NCBI RefSeq assembly: GCF_006345805.1
Contig: NC_043008.1
Location: 35,278,001 to 35,342,000, forward strand
Length of the DNA: 64,000 bases
Direction: 5' to 3'
From: Octopus sinensis
Taxonomy: Eukaryota
The position numbers were made by a program, and so were the translations under genes. The stretch's first letter is position 1. The number at the start of each line of letters is the position of its first letter. Under the pieces are notes generated by a model. That model made no database searches, had not been told where the DNA came from, and worked only from the letters and a program-made list of their open reading frames with translations. Positions 38,881 through 53,568 of this stretch are shown one piece after another.

Positions 38881-39314
38881 AAATATTTCATCAGAGCTAG
38901 AGAAGGAAAGAATTCCATGCTGCTACTAATGTGGCAGAATAAGCTTAAAAAGAAACAACTACAATTTTGGGATGTCAGAAATGGAAACACAGTGGGGGGT
39001 CATGAGGTTGGTAATTTAGCTACTGAGTTCGCTTCATCATAATTCAATAGTTACAGATGTAAAATAATAGTTACCCTGCTTTTATGCGATTGCGTAAATC
39101 TCAGTCCACGTGGTGGATAGTGTTCTCGATCAAGGATGACAGCGGACCAAAATATCAATAACAACAATGACTATTGCGTCAGCTTATTTCATTATAAACT
39201 CAATGTTTTCTTCCTTGCTTCATGATATTGCTTAATGTAAACTCTTTGTCCAAAGGGGTGAAATGTAAATATGTATTATGACGTAATGAATGATAATGTG
39301 TATGAGAGAGATAA

Positions 39315-39345
<31 letters not shown>

Positions 39346-39586
39346 AAGAAAGAGAGAGAGAGAAGAAGGTGAGAGAGAGGGGGAGGAGGGGGGAGAGAAG
39401 AAGAAGAGGAGAGAAAAATTGTGATGTGTGTGTATATACTTCGGAGCGAACTTTAGCGAGTAATTTCATTGGCTGAAAAAGATTGTCATAAAACTGGTTT
39501 GCCTATCTAATTTTGTTCTTTGCATACACTGAACTACAGGAAGAAAATTTAGGACGAATCGTGTTTTTTACATACTTCAGTGTATA

Positions 39587-39619
<33 letters not shown>

Positions 39620-39650
39620 ATATATATTTGAGAGATCAGGAATTATGTAC

Positions 39651-39778
39651 GTTATTTACATTTGACGGATATTTGTCCTCATCTTGATTGTTGTTAACAC
39701 AACGTCTCGGCTGTTATACCCTCCAACCTCCTTCAGGTGTCCTGGGGAAATTTCCAACCTGGGTTCTCATTCCTACTG
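39651..39778 (-). mobile_element. Penelope-like pLTR fragment (same family as 14567-15136) with inactivated hammerhead
   Basis: GACAC-CTGAAGG-AGGTTGG...CAGCC-GAGAC-GTT-GTGTT, with two core substitutions. Confidence 0.75.
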
Positions 39779-39780
39779 GC

Positions 39781-40010
39781 ATTTATTATATCGGATCTAT
39801 TTGCCGAACCGCTAAGTTACAGGGACATAAACACACCAACAGCAGTTGTCGAGCGATGGTGGGGTACAAACAAAAAGGAACGCACACACATATGTATACG
39901 ACGGGATTCTCTCAGTTTCCATCTGCCAGGTTCACTCACAAGCCTTTAGTCGGCCTGAAGCAAAAGTAGAATTCTCTTTACCAATGTGTCGCACAGTGGG
40001 ACGGAACCAG
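39781..40010 (-). mobile_element. Partial SINE family A
   Basis: TTGCCGAACCGCTAAGTTAC...CAGTTTCC.TCT.CCA..T.CACTCACAAG. Confidence 0.8.
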
Positions 40011-40035
40011 CTGGGAAGGACACTTTTTAATTCTT

Positions 40036-40258
40036 TACTGCCCACAAGGGGCTACATACAGAGGGGACAAACAAGGACAGACAAACGGATTAAGTCGATT
40101 ATATCGGCCCCAGTGCGTAACTGGTACTTATTTAATCGACCTCGAAAGGATGAAAGGTAAAGTCGACCTCGGCGGAATTTGAACGCAGAACGTAGCGGCA
40201 GACGAAATACAGCTAAGCATTTCGTCCGGTGTGCTAACGTTTCTGCCAGCTCACCGCC
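40036..40258 (-). mobile_element. SINE family B
   Basis: Closely similar to 5325-5551 along its length. Confidence 0.85.
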
Positions 40259-41104
40259 TTCAAAGAGGGAAGGAAACGTTTTAGCACACAGACACATCTG
40301 TGCCTGTTTGTATGTTTATTTATACTATATACATTAACGGAATAACAGAATACATGATTTCGTCCCTCTTTGCTGCAGGCTGGTGTAGAAAGCGAGCACA
40401 GAAACAGCCTGGAATCGAAACTGCTTTTGTGTAAATGTATATCAGCCAATGAAACTCACCTTTTCTCTCTGTGCTTCACACACATAAGCACACACACACA
40501 CACACACACACACACTTCCATTAGAACGTCACAATGGAGATTTTGCATTTCCCCTCTTGTGTACCGAAACAAGAAAGTAAATGTCCAAATTCTACATGTA
40601 GTTGTCGTTATTGGTGGTGGTGGTGGTGGTGGTGGTGGTGGTGGTGGTGGTTTGTCCCATGTTAGCTCTGGTCGAGGAGACCACAAAGAGAAGCAGAGAC
40701 AGACTCAAAGACACAGACATAGGAAGTCTAGTATTTGATCTCGGCAATAATTAACTTGACATCTAACAAACACAGTTCCAAAAGATAACGTTCAATTGAT
40801 TATCTCATGTATGAAAGAAAACCAGGAGACGAAAACAGGGAGATTCACACAACAACCGTTTACAGACACACAACGACAGAAGACAGAGGACGTATTGAGA
40901 AAACATGTACTCAGGCAGACATTAAAATAGTATATACATACACACACAAGCGCTCGTGCACGCACACAAATATACATACGCACATACATACTTATCTAAT
41001 GTTTGTTTCAATCGTTGGACTAAAACCATGCTGGGGTACTTACCTTGAAGCGTTTTATATATACTTACACATATATACACATACACACGCATACATATGC
41101 GTAT

Positions 41105-41169
<65 letters not shown>

Positions 41170-42960
41170 TATTTGTACAGATGTGAGCGGATATACATGT
41201 ATCTACGTTTATACATATATGCATGTATGCACGTATATACATATACACCCGCACATTCACCCCCACATGTGTGTGTGTAAATATGTATATATGTATGTAT
41301 GCATACATGCATGTATGTATGTACATATATACGCACGTACGTACGGTGTATGTATGTATTTATGTACTTACGTACGTATGTATGTATTTATGTACATACG
41401 TATGTATGTATGCATGCATGCATGTATGTATGTATATGCATACGCACGTACGTACGTTGTATGTATTTATGTACGTACGCATGTACGTATGTACATACAA
41501 AATCTGCTTATATTTTCTCCGATTATTGACGTCATCGCTTCACAATATCGTGATGTAATTAAATTAGCAACGTTCCATAATTAAGTTCCCAATTCTGCAG
41601 TTAACGTTGATATTTAGATATTTAACTGTCTTCAGGTTTCAGCCTCTGGAAATGACAATGGCTGCAATAATTAAATTGTAACGTCATCACTAGCTGAGCT
41701 CGATATTAAACATTGCTGTTTTTCAACGCGAACCAATCGCTCAAAGCTCCGGCAACAACGACGAAATCATAATAGAATCAGAAATCACTTGTATTCATAA
41801 TCAACAACATATGAGCTATCTTAAAAATCATCGAGTTTTTGGTTGGTTTTTTTTATGTTTTCTTCTCTGTTTTTTTATTCTGTTTTACATGTTTTTCACG
41901 TAAACGATTCGACCTACACTACTTTGCTTCTTACAACGGAACAGCCATTGATGTACAATATGCGAAATCCGACATATAAACACTGTATGCACGTACGCAC
42001 GCATGCACGTATGAATGCAGCCAGATATGAATGTACTATAAATGCATTGCAATTCTGTTAGAGAAGCCTAGTGGAAGCACATCTTAAGGCAAAATTGATT
42101 ATCTTTCAAACAAGAGCAAAAAAATAAAAATGAAAAAATCGAAAATATTTTTTCTGTTTTTTTTTCTTCTTCTGTTTTTTCAGCTTTGTTACTGTATTGT
42201 AAATATTCACTGTTAATTACATTCATTTAAGTTTTGAAATAATACAGCTCTACCTGATCGCTGGCTCGATCAGGGCTGATACGAGACATCAGCAGAACTA
42301 CTTCTGTTGATTTTGTTCAAAACATTTGATGTTGTACCTTCTTGCTTTGTCATATAAACCAGTAAATGCAAATCTATATTATGACGTTATAAATGGCAGT
42401 ATCTGTGTATGTGTGTATGCGAGAGAGAGAGAGAGAGAGGGGGAGTGAAAGACAGAGAGAGAGAGAGGGGAGTGAAAGAGAGAAAGAGACAGATAGACAG
42501 AAAGTCAGAGACAGAGAGCAAGAGTGTGTGTTTCGGAGCAAAGCGTAGCGATTAATTTCATTGGTTGATGAAAAAAAAAATTTGACAAGAAACGGGTTTT
42601 GATCCCGGTTTTGTTCGATTATTTAATGTGTATCAAGCTTCCGAAATTAATAGATTTGTTTGAAATAATCAACAATGAATTCAATACAGTAGAAGGTTTT
42701 TTTTTTAATATATATATAAGAATGGTTAAGTTAATCAAATACTCTGCCAATCCTACGGTGTGTATAATCAAAAGTAATATGAAAAAATGCCATAAACAAC
42801 CCATAAATGAAAATGCTTCCCAGCATTGCGTGTGTATAATTGAAAATGGCAGAGAAATTTGTCTTAAAGACATATACGTAAGACAAATATTGACTTATAC
42901 ACAGATATTCACTATCCTGCATGTGTATGTGACTGCGTATATGCATGAATGTATAAACTG

Positions 42961-43020
<60 letters not shown>

Positions 43021-44586
43021 TTGTTTGTGTGTATGTGTGTATGTGTTTGTATGTGCGGGTATGGTTTTTGTGCGTGATGTTTGTCTGTGAGAGAGAATGT
43101 TCCGAACTGTTTTTAGCAGTCAATACAAAATGTGGCTTTGTAAGACATGCGGTTTTATGAGATTCATTAATTAAGGTAAGCTGTACGGCTACAAACTCGT
43201 TCATTGGCTCTACCGCTAATATTTACATCTCCTTATAACCCACACACTCACGCACACACACACACATACACTCACACACACACGTACTTACATTAATACG
43301 CGCACACATTTCGATACATACATATAGATATCTATATATCTAACTGTCTACGTATATATATACACACATGCATTCCTAAAAATATATATGTATACACAGA
43401 AACACGCACACATACACACACACTCACAATCTCACTCACAGATATAACATATATATAAGCATACGCTTTGACAGGAATGCATGTGCGTGTGTATGTGTGT
43501 GTGTTGTGTGTGTGTGTGTGTGTGTATGTGTGTGTGTGTCTCTGTGTGTGTGTGTGTGTGTGTGTTTGTTCTACAGAGAATAATTCCATGTGATGATACC
43601 AAATATTTCCTGATAATACAAATGTCATTGATTTAGTTATCACTACTTTTGCCTAAAAAGAAATATTAAAACAGAAATATTAAAGAAATACTAAATAATA
43701 AAACAGGCTGCAAATTTGACCATTCTAAGGTGAGATCAAATTACTTTGAAGTACACAGCATTTTGATTGTAACAGTAGACCAGTTTCCTCGTAACGATAC
43801 AGGATGTTATCAAACTTGATCTTCATTGTGGTAAAGATTAACTATCCATTATATATATATAAGCATCACCTTTGGAATAACAGGAACGTGAATAATTATG
43901 GGCAATTAATGAGAAATTTCTCGTTGCTGTATTTATAGTAATAACCATTATGACACTTAGACGACTAGAAAAATAACGATCAAGTGGAATCTATTGATTC
44001 AAGCTGAGCAGGTTTCGTATAATCTGTGAAATTATGTAAATGTTGATATCACATCACGTTGTAATTTATCTCAAAGATTGCATAATCCGCCATTAAATTA
44101 CACCTGAATACATTCTTGTCTAAAACTTAAACCTTTTAACTGTGAAATTAAATTTCATGGTTATTCCAGTAATGATGTTAAATATGGCCCACCACCGTCC
44201 CCACAAAAAATAAAGTAGATATTTTCTGCAAGTCACGTTGCTTCAATTTACTTGACATTCTTCAATAAAAAATAGTTTCAAAGTTGGCATTCCTCAACAA
44301 AAGACAGATTGGTATATAAAACTGTTAAAGGATAATGCAATTTTGAGTAGATATATCTGATTTCCGGAGTAAATGGAAAAATCATATGGTATTCTTAAAG
44401 AAGATTCTTCTCTAGCTCACTGTTTCGATTTAATATACAGCCATCGCTACAGTAGATAGAGAGGGGGATAAACAGGAAAAATTGTATATAAATACATTAA
44501 TATGTGTACGCATATATATATATATATACATATATATGTGTGTGTGTGCGTGTGTGTGTGTGTGCGTGCGTGTGTGTGTGTGTATA

Positions 44587-45104
44587 CGAGCAAAACGCCC
44601 CCCGTCCAATGGACGGTGCTGAGTTGTCAAACATTTAAATCAAGTTTTCTCAAAACAACTTGTCCGACCGTCCCATAGGCCTCCCCTTTGAGAAACACTG
44701 ATTTAACCTAAACTTGAGACACCAGCAAAAGAAGAAATAAAGATATACTTTTTTTCTATTCCAAAGAAAAACGATTTTATTCACACAAATATTCAAAACA
44801 CTATATACTGCATTTTGTGGCATTATTTCAAGCCAGCCGGCAGTTTTTGCGCAAACTGCACGTGCTCTTTTCTCGTGTAGTATCGATCGCAACAGCTGAT
44901 GTACTTGCCCGTACAAATGCACGTTCCCACGGCTTTATCGATCGCATTCTCACCTGGAATCGATTTTTGTGACTTTTTCAAGACTTATACACGCCCTGAT
45001 ACAGTCGGTATCTACATATCATATTTGAGTGCAATCGGGTGGATGATGTCCGAGATCCTAGATGACACACAGACAGACAGACAGAACGAATTTTATATAA
45101 TAGA
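44587..45104 (-). mobile_element. Non-autonomous Helitron of about 518 bp
   Basis: Minus strand A|TCTATTATATAAAATTCGTTCTGTCTGTC..., subterminal hairpin CCGTCCA-A-TGGACGG (44602-16), end CTCG|T (CTAG with one change), A/T insertion site. Confidence 0.7.
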
Positions 45105-45139
45105 TATGTATATATTCTCTACCTGTGTCATATATATAC

Positions 45140-45245
<106 letters not shown>

Positions 45246-46671
45246 GTATAAATATATATACCAATTGCGTTTGAACCTTCGGTCGATAACTGAAGAGATG
45301 GTGACCTTTGTCTGTTTCCTGTTTGTTTTGTGCATATATTATATGTATTTTACCTTGTATATATGTATATATGTATTTATGTGTGTGTGTGTGTGTGTGT
45401 GTGCAAAAGTGAGTATATGTGTATATATATGCATATATCTGTTGCTGTCGGGTTATTCGTGGTCTGATCAGATTGGTCAGCACTTATGGTGGCAGAATTG
45501 TGATTGAGCTTGCCAGATGGCGAATATTCTCTAAGAATAGAACGACGTTTTGCTATCCTGACAGGGAAGTCTAACCTCTTCAGGCGATATCTTCAAATTT
45601 CTATCAGCTCTCTGTTCTTTGTCAGGATGAAGTAAATACAATTTTGTAATTAACGCCAGCATCAAAATTGTCTGAAGCAACTCAGTGGGTGTCTTAGTCA
45701 AAGATATCAGCATTAAACACAATATAGTATAACTAACACACGTAGATACACACGTATGTACGCATGTGTATGTATGTATGTCCGTACGCATATATGTATA
45801 TGTGTTTAGAGTACTCGATGCATTAAAATGAGACATAATGAAGAAGGTTTCTATTATATCCGTAAAAGAGTAATCTATCATACATGTAAAAAGATATTCT
45901 AAAAATCGTGTAGGAAATATCAGTATTGATATTTCTATACGTATATGCTCTACCCTTTCGCTTGTTAATTAACTGATAAAGTCGCCCAGTCGATCGAACA
46001 AAGAAATCAGACTGCGAAATCAATGGAAGAATCCACCAGTCCTTTATACACCAGTAAAAACTTGCATGCATAAATACATACATGTAAGTACATACGCACA
46101 CACACATACGCACACACACACACCACACACACACACATACACACACACACAGATATATATATACATGCAGAGAAAGATAAACCAAAATTGATTCATCAAT
46201 TATACATTTATTACGTCTTCTTATAGGTTTTTCAGTAAAGATAATGACCGAATTATGCAATCCGGTAAGAGTATTCTAGATCTACACTTCATCAGAGATT
46301 CATAGTCGCATGAATTTCTGGCGAACTGAAGTCCTAGAAAAACCTGCCTCGCCCGAATTGTATAATTTTGCTATTATCTTCACTGAAAGACTGTAAGATG
46401 ATGTAATTTTATAATCTTTGACTCGACTGTCTACTTTTAATTTTTCCTTATATATTCTGTGACCTTTCTAAATATAGAAGCCAGTGAAGAAAGCTTGAAA
46501 TATATTACAGTTTGAAATATATTCGCAGTTTCTCTTCCGATTTATAAGGATGTATGTTGGCTACTAAATAAAGATTATATGTCAGGTAATTTAAATTTAA
46601 ACCGCACAGTAGATATATATATATATACATGTGACCGCGTGTGTACCGTTGGCGATTTTATTCCTCTTTCT

Positions 46672-46840
46672 TCCCTTCTCTGGATCTTTCCTTCTCCTAT
46701 GTTTCTGACGAAGAGCTCCGCTCGAAACGTTAAACTCTCCTTCTTTCCTTCTTTCCTGAGCGTCCAATAATACTATATTTGTTTCACGTCCTCGCATTGT
46801 TGTGTTTTTTTTGTGCTTTCATGTTTGGATTAACTATATA
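46672..46840 (+). mobile_element. Penelope-like pLTR fragment
   Basis: Reverse complement of 13735-13900. Contains an intact hammerhead core. Confidence 0.7.
46701..46735 (+). ncRNA. 35-nt minimal type I hammerhead ribozyme with intact core
   Basis: GUUU-CUGACGA-A-GAGC-UCC-GCUC-GAAAC-GUU-AAAC. Stem I 4 bp, stem II 4 bp, predicted cleavage after 46731. Confidence 0.7.
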
Positions 46841-46923
46841 TATGTATGTACATATATATATATATGTATATATATGTATATGTATATATATGTATATATA
46901 TATTATATATATATATATATATA

Positions 46924-49900
46924 TCTATAATATATAAAACTGAAATGCGTTTTTACCGCTTGGTTCGCTTTCAATGCCACTACATCCCGTCCGATTCGCT
47001 CCAAAATTTACAGGGACATGTAGAATGAGGTGACGATGCGCGTGGGCTACCTTAGAAATCCCTATCTTAAAAGGTGTGGTTGCTAGGGGCCATCTTCCTA
47101 CCTCACCCTATTTCCTCTAGTACTCTGTCACTCCTCTTCATTTGACAATGCAACTACCGTTATTTAATGTAAAGTGTCTTCCTCAAAACACTCTGTCGCT
47201 ATTTACTCTCTTCCAAGAACATTTTCACTCACTCTTATCGCTTACCTTCATATACATTTTACTCATGTATCTATCAGCGTTCATGGACAGTAACAAATAT
47301 TACATCGCCATCCCCATCGCCATCGCATTCTATTGTCTACCTGTCAACACACACACACACACATATATATATACATATATCTAATATTATATTTTTATTT
47401 TTATGTTTGCGTTTTTTTTACTGTTTCATTTCCCTTTTAGTGGTTTGATCTCTAATTTAATTTCTACAGCGTGCACACACACACACACCTATATGTGGCC
47501 CCAGTAGACCCGAATGAAATCGGGTTCTCTTCATCAAAATGTGAAAAGGGGTCTTATGTTTTTCCTAATGATAATTATCATCGCCACCACCAACATACAA
47601 TCATGACAATCTTTCTCTTAAAACAAATCATGTTTACATTGCAAAATATTTCATTTTCCCGTCCTCTCTTTCATATATGTGACCCAGGTTTGGGTGGCCG
47701 CACAACTACAATTAGACAACGGCTAAAAACATTCGATGTTGATAATGCCTGGATCGTTCCATTCAACCTTTTGCTTTCCAAAACATTTAATGCACACATT
47801 AATGTTGAGTACTGCAGTTCGGTGAGATGCATACAATACCTCTGCAAGTACATTAATAAGGGCGATGATATGGCCGTGTTTGTGTTCAGTGATGAAGACC
47901 TTAGACATGACGAAATTAAACAATTCGTTTTCGGTAGGTATGTATCCTCCAATTATGCAGCGTGGCGCATTTTTGGATACGAGATTCATCTAAGCTCATC
48001 ATCAGTTTTCCACCTGAATGTTCATTTACAGAATACACAGCTGGTTTACTTCACAGAAAAAAATGCACATCAAGTCATTGAAAATCCAAAAGGGACTACG
48101 CTTACAGCATTTAAAAATTGTGTTCAGTTGATGAGTTTGCTGCTACTCTCATTTACCCTGAAGTACCGGAATATTACACATACAACATAATAATTGGAGC
48201 GCAGGTCACATGGAACAGAACTTGACAATTGGCCCGGTGTTTCTAGGAAGAACGTCATTGGACGTGTGTATAATATTCATCCTACCAAACAGGAAATCTC
48301 TTTGAGAATGCTACTTCATGTAGTTACTGGACGAAAGTCTTTTGCTGATCTTCGCACGGATGATGGTATCATCTGCGCCACTTACAGGGAAGCATGTTTG
48401 AGGTGGCGGACTTCTTCTCAATGACGACCACTTACACAGGACATTAGCAGAGGCCTCAATTGTAAACTGCCATGGCAAATGCGTCGATTGTTTTGTAGCA
48501 TTAATAATCCACTGTAATCCCAGCAACCTTTTAACCTTTGGGAATCGTTCAGACAGAGCCTATCAAAGGACATACAGGCTAATTTAGCGTTACGTGATGG
48601 CAACGACGATGTTTATAATGAGGCATTAATCGACATGGACAGACCATCAGACGCTATGTTATACGCGGTTTAAGTGAATTCCATCTGCCAACACCTGTCC
48701 ATCATGAAGCGCCTTTGGATGTTGAATACATGTCAGAAAAAAAACTACAACATTGCCGAATTGACGGAAACAAGTACGCGAGATGAACCAAAACTTTTGC
48801 CTGAACAAAGAGATTTATAATGAAATTATTGAAAGCGTTAGATTGAACCAAGGAAAGTTTTTCTTTTTGAATGCTCCAGGTGGTACTTGTAAAACTTTCG
48901 TTATCAATTGAATTCTCGCAAAGCTGCGCGCTGAACGTCGAATTGCCATTGCATGTGCCTCAAGTGGTATTGCAGCGACACTGCTTCAAGGCGGCCGTAC
49001 GGCACATAGGGCATTCAAATTGCCCATGGACATTGCAAAGAAAGATAATCTTATATGTAATATAGATCGTAGTTCCTCAAGAGCAAGACTTCTTCGTGAA
49101 TGCAGTCTTTTTTTGGGGGGGGGGATGAGGCTACAATGAGTAATAAGGCCATGTTTGAGGCTCTTGACAGAACTCTCCAAGATTTGCGTCACAATACAAA
49201 AATAATGGGTGGAGCTACGTTTCTCATGGCAGGAGATTTTCGACAAACTCTTCCTGTTGTCCGAGCAGGCACTAGAGCCGATGAGGTTAATGCATGTATA
49301 AAGCATTCTTATGTGTGGCACAGTGTTATCAGTCGCCATCTTCAAACAAACATGAGAGTCCACCTACATGGTGATGTGGAGTCTGAGGCTTTCGCAAAAC
49401 ACCTGTTAGATCTTGGTGATGGAGTTTTGCCTTTCGTTGATGATGAGCATATTCGGTTGCCTTTTGGGAATTTCGTTCCAAATGTAGAAGAACTTATAAG
49501 AGCCGTTTTACCTGACGTCGAAACCAACTTCCAGGATCTCTCATGAAATTTTGCTTGATTTTTTATTTTGCACCTCTTCATTATCTCTTCATTCTTGAAA
49601 ATAAAGACATTAAAAAGAACATGGTTCATAAAGAACGTTGGGTTCAGATGTTTGCAAACATTTGATCCAACTCATTCTCTTTATTCCTCATTTTCCGATT
49701 CCTTCTACGTCTCCATTAAACGGTTTTGTCAAGTTATTGTTTCTTCGCTAACTAAGACATTCATAAAGTGAATGAGTTGTTAATTACATTTTATACACTA
49801 TTCCATTGTTTGGGTGTCGAAAGGACTGGCATGTGTCACCATATAAACTCTCTCAGTCAAACTCCCAATACATGAGTTCACATCGTGATACTCTTTCTAC

Positions 49901-50421
49901 AAAACTGAGCTGGGTGTGAATTCTAATTTCATTCACTATTACAGATGTTTTAATTTTTGAAACAAACACATTGCCTCTTTCGTTTAAAAACAATAAAACA
50001 ATACTACCTCAATACATTGGTCCAACAAACAAAACATCCAACACTCTCATTCTTTTATGTATCTGTCTTCCTCCATCACTCACTCACTTTTCTCCCTTCC
50101 TTACACATTCTATCTATAACGTCGTTTCACAGCGTCTACCTACCTTACATTCACTTTCTCTTTATAACGTCGTTTCACAGCGTCCGTTACCCCCCCTACC
50201 TTCCACAGCGCTTTCACACACTCTCACTCTCTACGTCTGTCTGCATTCATACAGAGAATTATCATCGCCACAACAACCACTCAATCATGACAACAAATAT
50301 TATGAATCATATATTTATTGGGTTAATTTATATATGTGTGTGTGTATCTATATATAAATATGTATATATAATAATTTTTATATATACAAAGTGCATATAT
50401 CTGTATTTATATATATATATA

Positions 50422-50477
<56 letters not shown>

Positions 50478-50538
50478 GTATACATTTATATATATATACC
50501 ACACTCTTACCCGCGCGTAGAGCGGTCACCTCAGCTAG
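46924..50538 (+). mobile_element. Helitron with both termini and internal deletions
   Basis: 5' A|TC at 46924. 3' hairpin CCGC/GCGG (50511-25), then CTAG|T at 50535-38. RepHel remnants inside. Confidence 0.88.
47677..49546 (+). pseudogene. Helitron RepHel fragment (post-Rep region and PIF1-type helicase N-terminal half)
   Basis: DNAWIVPFN..NAHINVEYC..IQYLCKYINKG.D, GRYVSS..AAWRI, LNVHL, TTLTAF; NAPGGTCKTF (Walker A), ASSGIAATLL.GGRTAH, DEATM, GDFRQTLPVV, LQTNMR. Frameshifts and stops throughout; Rep HUH motifs not seen. Confidence 0.92.
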
Positions 50539-50551
50539 TATATATATATAT

Positions 50552-50603
<52 letters not shown>

Positions 50604-50699
50604 GTGTGTGTATATATATATATATAGATATACATATGCGTGCAAGTGCTGTGCGTGTGTGACAGTGTGTTTATATGCTTCTATGTATGTGTATGTATA

Positions 50700-50905
50700 T
50701 ATGTATCAAAGAAAAAGAAGAGTCAAAAGTCCTTCCCGAGCTATAGGTTCGTAAGATCCGGTTTACCGTATTCCTGGACGTTTTGCCTACTGAGTTGACT
50801 GGAGCAATGTTAAATGAAGAACACGACTCATCGCTCGGTCCAGGAGAAGAAACCGCGATTCTACGATCATGAGTGCAACACCCTAACTACTAAACCACGC
50901 GCCTG
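50700..50905 (-). mobile_element. Degraded tRNA-derived SINE
   Basis: Minus head CAGGCGCGTGGTTTAGTAGTTAGGGTGTTGCACTCATGATCG...CGCGGTTTC. Related to 62778-63050. Confidence 0.7.
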
Positions 50906-51260
50906 TATATGTGTGTGTATGTATATGTGTGTGTGTGTGTGTGTGTGTATGTGTGTGTGTGTGTGTGTGTATCTAAGTATACTTCGAATCCAAGTGGTGC
51001 TCTGTGCCAACCAAAACCTTGTCAAGAGAGTTCTTAGTTTGTGCACTATCACAACTAACATAAAACTAGCGAAAATGCTTACGATTTGTGCTGAATATGG
51101 TTTAATATACATACATACTTGGCATGCACCCACCCTTACAAGTATACACATGCATACTAACATACATACATACATACTTACATATATACATGTGTACATT
51201 CATAAAAACATGCAAACGCATACACTCCCACATAATAACAATTATATATGTACATGTATA

Positions 51261-51291
<31 letters not shown>

Positions 51292-51304
51292 CTGTGTGTG
51301 TGTG

Positions 51305-51335
<31 letters not shown>

Positions 51336-51609
51336 TTGTGTATGTGTGTGCGTGTGTGTGTGTGTGTGTATACTTTTTGTAAAAGTTTCTAATGTAAAAG
51401 TTTCCATGCCGAAACTACTTGGAAAATTTGTTAATTATTAAATTAATAATTCTTTACTCTATATCAGTATATATATATATGAGATGTCTTCCTGGGACCA
51501 CAAACAACAGTAGCACTGTCCTGTATAGGACGCCACACTTAGTTGGCAAATATATGTTACGGTTCCGTAACGCTACTGTTTATATCTCGCTCAGAGATTT
51601 AATATAACA

Positions 51610-51643
<34 letters not shown>

Positions 51644-51699
51644 TTTTACGAGATCAGCGACAGTGAGTCGCTAGAAAAGTATATAGTAATTTGCAAATG

Positions 51700-52211
51700 G
51701 AATGCCACTGCCACTGCCGAGAAAAACACTAATCGTGTTTGCCGCATGTTGATGGCTGATAGGCGATTGACTAGAAATCAAATGGCCAAAGCCATAAGCA
51801 TATCCCGTGAGAGAATCGAGAATATTCTGCACTATGAACTTTGCATGATGAAGACTTCTGCTCGATGACATTGGTTGGTTTCCTTGAACGTTTCCTAATT
51901 CAGGATGGGCGTTGGGTTCATCACTTTGAGCTTGAGACAGAGACGGATACAGTCCATGCTGTGGAAACATTCTTCCACAACCGCTCCAAAGAAGGCCAAG
52001 GTTGTTTTATCTGCAGAGAAGGTTATGGCCTCAGATTTTTCCGGATGCAAAAAGCATTGTGTTAATTGTCTATCTTGAAAAGGACCATGTCTTCAATGGA
52101 GAGTACTATGCCAACTTGCTGAGGCAGTTACGAAAGTCTATCAATACCAAACGCCGAACAGAACTGACGAAGGGGATCTTGTTTCATCAGGGCAATGCTC
52201 CAGCTCACTAA
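51700..52211 (+). mobile_element. Second fragment of the same mariner family
   Basis: DRRLT.NQ.AKAISISRERIENILHYEL, QDGRWVHHFELET, APKKAKVVLSAEKVMAS, NGEYYANLLRQLRK, LFHQGNAPAH*. Confidence 0.85.
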
Positions 52212-52812
52212 ATTCTATCCTTTTCCCCTCATTTCTCTGTTACACCTTCCACTTTCGTCTGTTTTTTTTCTTTTCTTTTCCTGTTTGATCTCGTCTTTCT
52301 TCTAGAACATGTCGTTTTTTCTCTCTGTCTGTCGGTCTGTCCCCCCTCCCCTCCCCTCTCTCTCTCCTCTCTGTTTCACTTTCTGTCACTGCAATCAATC
52401 TCTGCAACATCTTCAAGGACAACCTTCAAAAACAAACTAAATATATATTTTCTTTGTTTCCAGATTTGTTTTGTGCTCCAATGCCTCGTATTGGTTTCTT
52501 TTACTTTACTCTATATGAAAAAAATTCCCTTTTTTTTTTTTTTCTCTGTCATCTCGTTCGAAAACACAATTTTCTTATCCTATAAATCATATTTCCACTG
52601 TCGCATTCTGAAGTTGCAGTACTTTCTGTCCCACTCCTTACTGACAATATTCGGTGGAAGCGATCCTGTCCTAAGGCGTCGCGATGAATTCTAGAAGACA
52701 TTCGATGAAAGGGAATTTACGTCTCTTTCGGTTATATAGTTTTGTTTCCTTTCTTCCACTAGATTTGGTCTTTTCAGATGAATTTCTTATATGTGTGACC
52801 AACCGGGTAAAC

Positions 52813-52882
<70 letters not shown>

Positions 52883-52999
52883 ATGTCTGTCTGTCTATTT
52901 ATCTATCTCTCTGCCTGTCTGTTTGTGAATATATATATAGAGGTTGGTCAGTAGGACTGCAAATTAGTGTCTACGTTCCTTCTTGTGACTAGTTGGGAA

Positions 53000-53335
53000 T
53001 CTATCAGGGCCCACAGTAGAATAGTATTAGATCTCATTTATTGCTGCCATGATTTCTGAGGCAGTAAAGGTTTCGTCCGTGATTATATGTTAAGGATCGA
53101 CTTCGTTCACATCCCTTACGTCAATATTAGTGTGATTGCTAAAGACAGAGCAGTTTTGTTTCTGCAGTACTTCTGCCTTTTCTTTAGCATCATGTTGGAG
53201 AATGCCATTATCATTGATCAGTGGACCAGCGGCTGGGACAACGGTCTTATGCTTATTTGCACATGAATAGAACACTTTTGGGTTCTGTTTAATTTTTTTG
53301 CTTCCCCAGTTCCTCTGCAGCACTTTGATTTTCAT
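53000..53335 (-). mobile_element. CR1-type LINE fragment (endonuclease-RT linker)
   Basis: IKQNPKVFYS.A...GPLINDNG.L..DAKEKAEVLQKQ..SVFS..., then SEIMAAINEI..STVGPD.FP. Confidence 0.78.
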
Positions 53336-53431
53336 GTTGGTCAGCAGATGAAGTTGCCAACATCAGATTTTTCATTATTGTTGAATGTGTATGCGGTTTG
53401 TGGGAATATTTTAATTGGTTGATTATATATA

Positions 53432-53466
<35 letters not shown>

Positions 53467-53568
53467 AGAGTTCAACAAAAATTTAGATTCAGATGAATAT
53501 GGTACTTAAGTTGAGGCACCAGAATTTAGTACGGTATTATCCATACAATTTCAAAATAATGTGATTAA

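Noticed and set aside
45630-45640. Possible 6-nt micro-exon (CAG|GATGAA|GTAAAT)
   Set aside because: Such patterns are common by chance in AT-rich DNA and there is no supporting gene context.
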